From assembly GCA_028247315.1 (NCBI GenBank), contig JAOKFZ010000002.1, positions 18,438 to 82,437 on the forward strand: a stretch of DNA of 64,000 nucleotides. The letters are read 5' to 3'. The position numbers were made by a program, and so were the translations under genes. A model generated the notes under the pieces. The model saw only the letters and a program-made list of their open reading frames with translations, was not told where the DNA came from and did not search any database. Origin of the DNA: Bacteroidia bacterium. Its GTDB lineage: Bacteria > Bacteroidota > Bacteroidia > NS11-12g > UBA9320. Shown piece by piece: positions 59,596-64,000 of the stretch. Each line of letters starts with the position of its first letter. Positions within the stretch are counted from its first letter, which is position 1.

Positions 59596-59640
59596 TCACT
59601 GTCATTGCATGGATAAAATGATATGGTTAAATGTGTTAAC

Positions 59641-59683
59641 AAAAGAAGCTCCAAACACTTAAGTGTTTGGAGCTTCTTTTGTT
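59641..59683. terminator. Bidirectional terminator with a perfect 15-bp stem (agaagctccaaacac / gtgtttggagcttct) downstream of the csp gene
   Basis: A-run and T-run flanks. It lies 18 bp past the stop of the minus-strand csp. Confidence 0.7.
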
Positions 59684-59700
59684 AAATTATTTTAAAGGAA

Positions 59701-60150
59701 TTACTGAATCTTCTTAACGTTGATTGCGTTAAGACCTTTCATTCCTTTTTCTAGCTCAAACGATACTTTGTTTCCCTCTATTACGTCTTCTGTAAGACCT
59801 TTGTAGTGAACGAAATAACTCTCGCCTGTACCTATTTCTTTTATGAAACCAAAACCTTTTTCCGTATTAAAGAAATCTATTTTACCCTCACGAGTAGCAT
59901 CCATATCAAACTCTTCTTGCTTTGGAACACTGGTTACTATGTCGTCTAGCTCAAATTCTATTTTAGCATCTGGATCTGGTGGTGTATCTGATATATTACC
60001 ATGCTCATCTATATAAGCCATCATGTTATCAAGTGTACCTTCAGTAGCATTCGCTTTACGCTCTGCACGCTTTTCCTCTTTTTCTTTCTTCTTCTTACGG
60101 CGTTTTTTTTCCTTTTCTTTTTTGGAATAAGTTTCTTGTGATTTAGACAT
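59701..60150 (-). CDS. Cold-shock-domain protein with a ~90-aa highly charged (K/E-rich, polybasic) N-terminal extension
   Basis: C-terminal CSD (..KGFGFI..YFVH..) preceded by KKEKEKKRRKKKKEKEEKRAERK. Confidence 0.7.
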   Translation of the reverse strand: MSKSQETYSKKEKEKKRRKKKKEKEEKRAERKANATEGTLDNMMAYIDEHGNISDTPPDPDAKIEFELDDIVTSVPKQEEFDMDATREGKIDFFNTEKGFGFIKEIGTGESYFVHYKGLTEDVIEGNKVSFELEKGMKGLNAINVKKIQ

Positions 60151-60568
60151 TAATTACTGTTGTATTATAAGTTATTGGTTACAAAGATAAGTAACATTTT
60201 GCTATGTTGAGCAGGGACAGCAGGCTTGTGACTAATAATTTGTATTTTATGATTTTGGAAAGTGTTAAAAGCTGAAAAAATGACACCATATTTATACAGT
60301 TAATATCTCATGACACTAAATAAGCTTCAGATGAGATATAACCGACTTCTGGCAGTATTAGGGATTGCTTGGAGCATTTGCAAAATGAGGACTCAGTTAC
60401 ATGCTGCGAACATGATACGCCAATATACTCTAAAGTAAGGAAGAGGTGATGGAGATACCTTAAATTAGTAGGGGTAGTTTTCGTCTATTCTAATCGATTA
60501 TCAAACGTTATCACTGTTTTATCATGTAGATATAGTCTGAGCCAAAATATTTTGCATATTTGCTACAT

Positions 60569-62707
60569 ATGAGAAATATCAGTTTACTTCTACTTGTAGC
60601 GAATTCATTCTTAAGCTTTTCACAAGGCAAATTACTAACCATACAAGATGCCATCACCGGTTACCATCTATATCCAAGAGGATTGTCTGATGCACAGTGG
60701 TTACCAGGAGGTAAGTGGTTTAGCCAAATAGCTGTACTAGACGGTAAACGGACCATAGAAATTCAAGAGATTGCCGCAACTAAAGGAAGAAATATATCCG
60801 TTTCATTAGAAGATATAAATGCTACTCTTTCGGGAGATGCTAAACTAAAACGCCTGCCGCGAGCACATTGGATAAGTGTAAGAGAATTTCAGTTTATAAG
60901 CAACAATGTTGGGTATGCTTACAATATAGAAGAGAAAAACACCCGAAGGCTCACTTTTGAGAATACTGTTGGGGTAAATAGTCCTCAGTACTTTGCAGAC
61001 GGCTCTGGTATGTATGGTGAGACCGCAAATGGGTTTGGCTACTGCAGAAACCACAAAGAGATAGAGATATACTCGGATACAGACGGAATTATATTGGGTA
61101 AGACGGTGCATCGCTCAGAGTTTGGCATCACCAATGGGCTATTCCCTTCTCCAAGCAATAAGCTAATGGCATACTATGATATGGATGAGCGTATGGTGAC
61201 TAAATATCCGCTATATCAACTTGCAGATACTCCTGCTACCGCAAAAATGCTACGTTACCCTACGGCAGGGGCCAAAAGTCACCATGTAGCAGTAAAGGTA
61301 AAGAATATGGAGACAGATGCTGATCCAATAGTCATAAAGACTACAGGGGATAAAGAACAATACCTTACCAATGTAAGCTGGAGTACAGATAATAAATTTA
61401 TACTCATCGCTATTGTAAACAGAGCACAAGATCATATGTGGCTCAATCAGTACGATGCTGTGACAGGAGATTTCGTAAAAACACTTTTTGAAGAGAAAAA
61501 TGATAGGTATGTTGAACCTGAACATCCTGCGGTATTTTTTAAAAATGATCCAAATAAATTCATTTGGTGGAGTGAACGAGATGGATACAACCATCTATAC
61601 TTATATGACCTAGAAGGCAATCTAATAAAGCAGCTGACAAAAGGCAATTGGGTAGTAACGGAGTATCACGGAATGAGTTCGGATGAGAGTACGCTGTATA
61701 TTACCTCAACTAAAGAGACACCACTGGAACGTCACTTATATAGTGTAGACATGCTAAGCGGTAAAATGAAAAACCTGACACGAACACCTGGTTATCATAG
61801 AATAACGGCAAACGAAGACTGTGCTATGTTTATAGATGACTATAGCAATACGACCACGCCCAGAGAAGTACGCTTGATAGATAGTAAAGGAAATTTAAAA
61901 GAAATAATAACGAAAGCAGACAATCCATTAGCATCGTATAAGCTAGGAAAGATGGAAATCGGAAAACTAGAGGGGAAAAGTGGTGAGGATTTATATTACC
62001 GTGTCTTCAAACCGACAGATTTTAACCCACGAAAAAAATATCCTGTTGTGGTTTATTTGTACAATGGTCCACACTTGCAACTGGTTACGAATAAATGGCT
62101 TGGAGGAGCAAACCTGTGGTATCAGTATATGGCTCAGAAAGGCTATGTTGTGTTCAGCATAGACGGCCGAGGTAGTGCAGATAGGGGATTTGCTTTCGAA
62201 AGTGCCATACACCGGAACTGTGGAGAGAAAGAAATGGAAGATCAACTCACAGGCGTAGAATGGCTCAAAAAACAGAAATGGGTAGATGCAGAGAGAATGG
62301 GTATACATGGATGGAGTTATGGTGGTTTTATGACAACAAGCATGATGAGTAGGCACCCGGGTGTTTTCAAAGCAGGAGTGGCCGGTGGCCCCGTGATAGA
62401 CTGGACGCTTTATGAGATAATGTATACCGAACGCTACATGGATACACCACAAGAGAACCCCGAAGGATACAAACGTACTAATCTTAAAAATCATGTGAAA
62501 AATCTGGAAGGAAAACTACTCATGATTCATGGCGGACAAGACGACGTAGTACTCTGGCAGCATAGCCTACAGTACTTGGAAACTGCTATAGACGAAGGTG
62601 TGCAGTTAGACTACTTTGTGTATCCTAATCATAAGCACAATGTAAGGGGTAAAGACCGTATACACCTGTATCAGAAGGTAAGCGAGTACTTTTTTGATCA
62701 CTTATAG
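60569..62707 (+). CDS. S9B-family serine peptidase (dipeptidyl-peptidase IV-like)
   Basis: Beta-propeller N-terminal region, then a catalytic domain with the GWSYGG nucleophile motif and downstream Asp and His. Confidence 0.85.
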   Translation: MRNISLLLLVANSFLSFSQGKLLTIQDAITGYHLYPRGLSDAQWLPGGKWFSQIAVLDGKRTIEIQEIAATKGRNISVSLEDINATLSGDAKLKRLPRAHWISVREFQFISNNVGYAYNIEEKNTRRLTFENTVGVNSPQYFADGSGMYGETANGFGYCRNHKEIEIYSDTDGIILGKTVHRSEFGITNGLFPSPSNKLMAYYDMDERMVTKYPLYQLADTPATAKMLRYPTAGAKSHHVAVKVKNMETDADPIVIKTTGDKEQYLTNVSWSTDNKFILIAIVNRAQDHMWLNQYDAVTGDFVKTLFEEKNDRYVEPEHPAVFFKNDPNKFIWWSERDGYNHLYLYDLEGNLIKQLTKGNWVVTEYHGMSSDESTLYITSTKETPLERHLYSVDMLSGKMKNLTRTPGYHRITANEDCAMFIDDYSNTTTPREVRLIDSKGNLKEIITKADNPLASYKLGKMEIGKLEGKSGEDLYYRVFKPTDFNPRKKYPVVVYLYNGPHLQLVTNKWLGGANLWYQYMAQKGYVVFSIDGRGSADRGFAFESAIHRNCGEKEMEDQLTGVEWLKKQKWVDAERMGIHGWSYGGFMTTSMMSRHPGVFKAGVAGGPVIDWTLYEIMYTERYMDTPQENPEGYKRTNLKNHVKNLEGKLLMIHGGQDDVVLWQHSLQYLETAIDEGVQLDYFVYPNHKHNVRGKDRIHLYQKVSEYFFDHL

Positions 62708-62716
62708 AACAATAAA

Positions 62717-64000
62717 CATGAAACGAGAACTCATCATGTTGATACTGTGCCTTATGTATGCCACGTTAGTAGCACAAATAAATACTCCAGTATTAAAAGA
62801 CGTTACTGAGGATATAATAAGGAGAACTACAGAAGAGGAGAGAGTTAAGTCTAACAAAGCGACAATGACTATACGCTCTCTGAGCTTGGTTCCTGATCGT
62901 GAGATAGTCACTATAGAAGATTCAGATACGCTTCGGCTGTACAGCGATAGTTACGAAGGGTTGGAACTACTAGACAGTGTGTTGGGCGATTATTCTGTAT
63001 TTATTACAGGAGAAAACCACACCTATACTGAGAGCAATGCTCGTCTTTGGTTTAAAATGATCAAGTATTTGAATGAAAAAGCGGGTGTGCGTAATGTCAT
63101 GTTTGAATACGGACAGACATATGGTTTCTTGGTAAATGAGTACATGAAAACAGGTGATAGTCTCCTTTTTAATAGCATAGACCGTTTTGCATATCCAGAG
63201 TATAGTGCTGTTATCAAAGAACTAAAAGTATATAACGATAGCTTACCCAATGACAAAAAGTTACACTTTACGGCTATCGATATAGATCGCGGCGTCTATC
63301 CTATTGTAAAAGCGTTGGATTATCTGCTTGCCAGTAGGAATACGATGCCTTCAGATTCTATTTCATTGCATATACAAAGTGTACAGAGTTTAGCTGGCTA
63401 CAATGACTACAAGTTAAATGAGGAGTTGAAATATCCTGGTGTGTTCACCTTTAAAACAAGGAGCACTTTGGCTCTATTAGCAGCAAATTTTGTTACGAAT
63501 AGACAAGATTATATAGACTACCTAGGAGATGACTACGAACCATTTCGCAGGATAATAGAAGATCAATATACCGCACGTGAAAAATGGCACCAATACAAAG
63601 AACAAGACGCCGTACAGCAGTATGTTTTTCGTGAGAATTATATGCACAAAGTGTTTCTAAAAGAACGGTCCCAAAATCCGGGCAACTGGTTTGGGCAGTT
63701 TGGTAGGTGCCATACAACCAAGTCGCACAAGGAGAATAACTCGTGTGAGTGGTTTGAGTTCAATAGCCTAGCACAACGGATTATAAACACTAAAGGCGGT
63801 GAATTGCAGAATCAGGTGCTTACGCTAGCCCAAGTGTACGAAACAGATAGAAATTTTGGACCAATGCATGAAGAAAATGAAGACGGTTTTAGACAATACT
63901 TCAAACGCATGCCTGAAAATAGTCTTGTAATTTTTGATATCACAAAGGATTCATTACTGAACGCAGGATATGGCCAAGACTTTGATTATCTCATTTTTAA
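62717..64000 (+). CDS. Secreted hypothetical protein; N-terminal 427 aa, continues beyond the window end
   Basis: An open frame with no stop to the window edge, so it is not in the track. Signal peptide MKRELIMLILCLMYATLVAQ. A GENHT motif is faintly reminiscent of the Tiki/ChaN/erythromycin-esterase superfamily. Confidence 0.45.

Noticed and set aside
60210-60240. gagcagggacagcaggc, as a possible SRP-RNA or 6S-like motif
   Set aside because: The resemblance is superficial. No convincing 4.5S domain IV (GGAAG…AGCAGC symmetric loop) or tRNA-like end could be folded by eye.
61250-62494. Several 60–167-aa minus-strand ORFs inside the S9 peptidase gene
   Set aside because: They are embedded antisense within a well-supported 715-aa peptidase gene. 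Their composition is Cys/His/Phe-rich, typical of antisense frames of AT-rich coding DNA.
1-64000. CRISPR arrays, integrases, transposases, restriction-modification or other defence genes
   Set aside because: I scanned both strands and all intergenic regions. No spaced direct-repeat arrays, no recombinase-like or DDE-like ORFs, and no methyltransferase/endonuclease pairs were seen. The window looks like core chromosome.

Overview
This window reads as ordinary chromosomal backbone from a Bacteroidota genome, most likely Flavobacteriia or Cytophagia. It is AT-rich, promoters fit the Bacteroidetes TTG / TAnnTTTG pattern, and there are T9SS type-A and type-B C-terminal sorting domains.

Gene content is mostly housekeeping:
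- An aa3/caa3-type cytochrome oxidase operon (CoxII with a fused cytochrome c, CoxI, heme A synthase) at the left edge.
- The nusB–DUF1573–yajC–coaE block, plus dapD, leucine dehydrogenase, an MsbA-like ABC exporter, plsC–gatC, ffh and pdxH.
- Scattered fatty-acid/amino-acid catabolism genes: a thiolase, an acyl-CoA dehydrogenase, and 3-hydroxybutyryl-CoA dehydrogenase.
- rseP, tRNA-Leu(CAA), sua5 and a sigma-54 response regulator.
- An RNase P RNA gene that the ORF track does not show.
- glmM, MlaEF-like ABC components, S46 and S9 (DPP-IV-like) peptidases, fabI, kdsA, parAB and a cold-shock protein.

I see no CRISPR array, integrase, transposase or recognisable defence island. The non-routine content is a set of observations rather than one system:
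- A diverged pair of L-type-lectin-like T9SS type-B proteins bracketing glmM and a BtuF-like binding protein.
- An OMP-like ORF interrupted by a single in-frame TAA.
- A terminator-insulated pair of tiny proteins, one Lys-rich and one zinc-ribbon-like.
- A CoxII with an N-terminal cytochrome c and a helical insert.
- A DUF5606-like protein with a histone-H1-like tail.
- A Csp with a polybasic/acidic N-terminal extension.
- A few long non-coding regions containing repeats or hairpins.

All calls come from reading the translations and the DNA by eye. No database searches were run.
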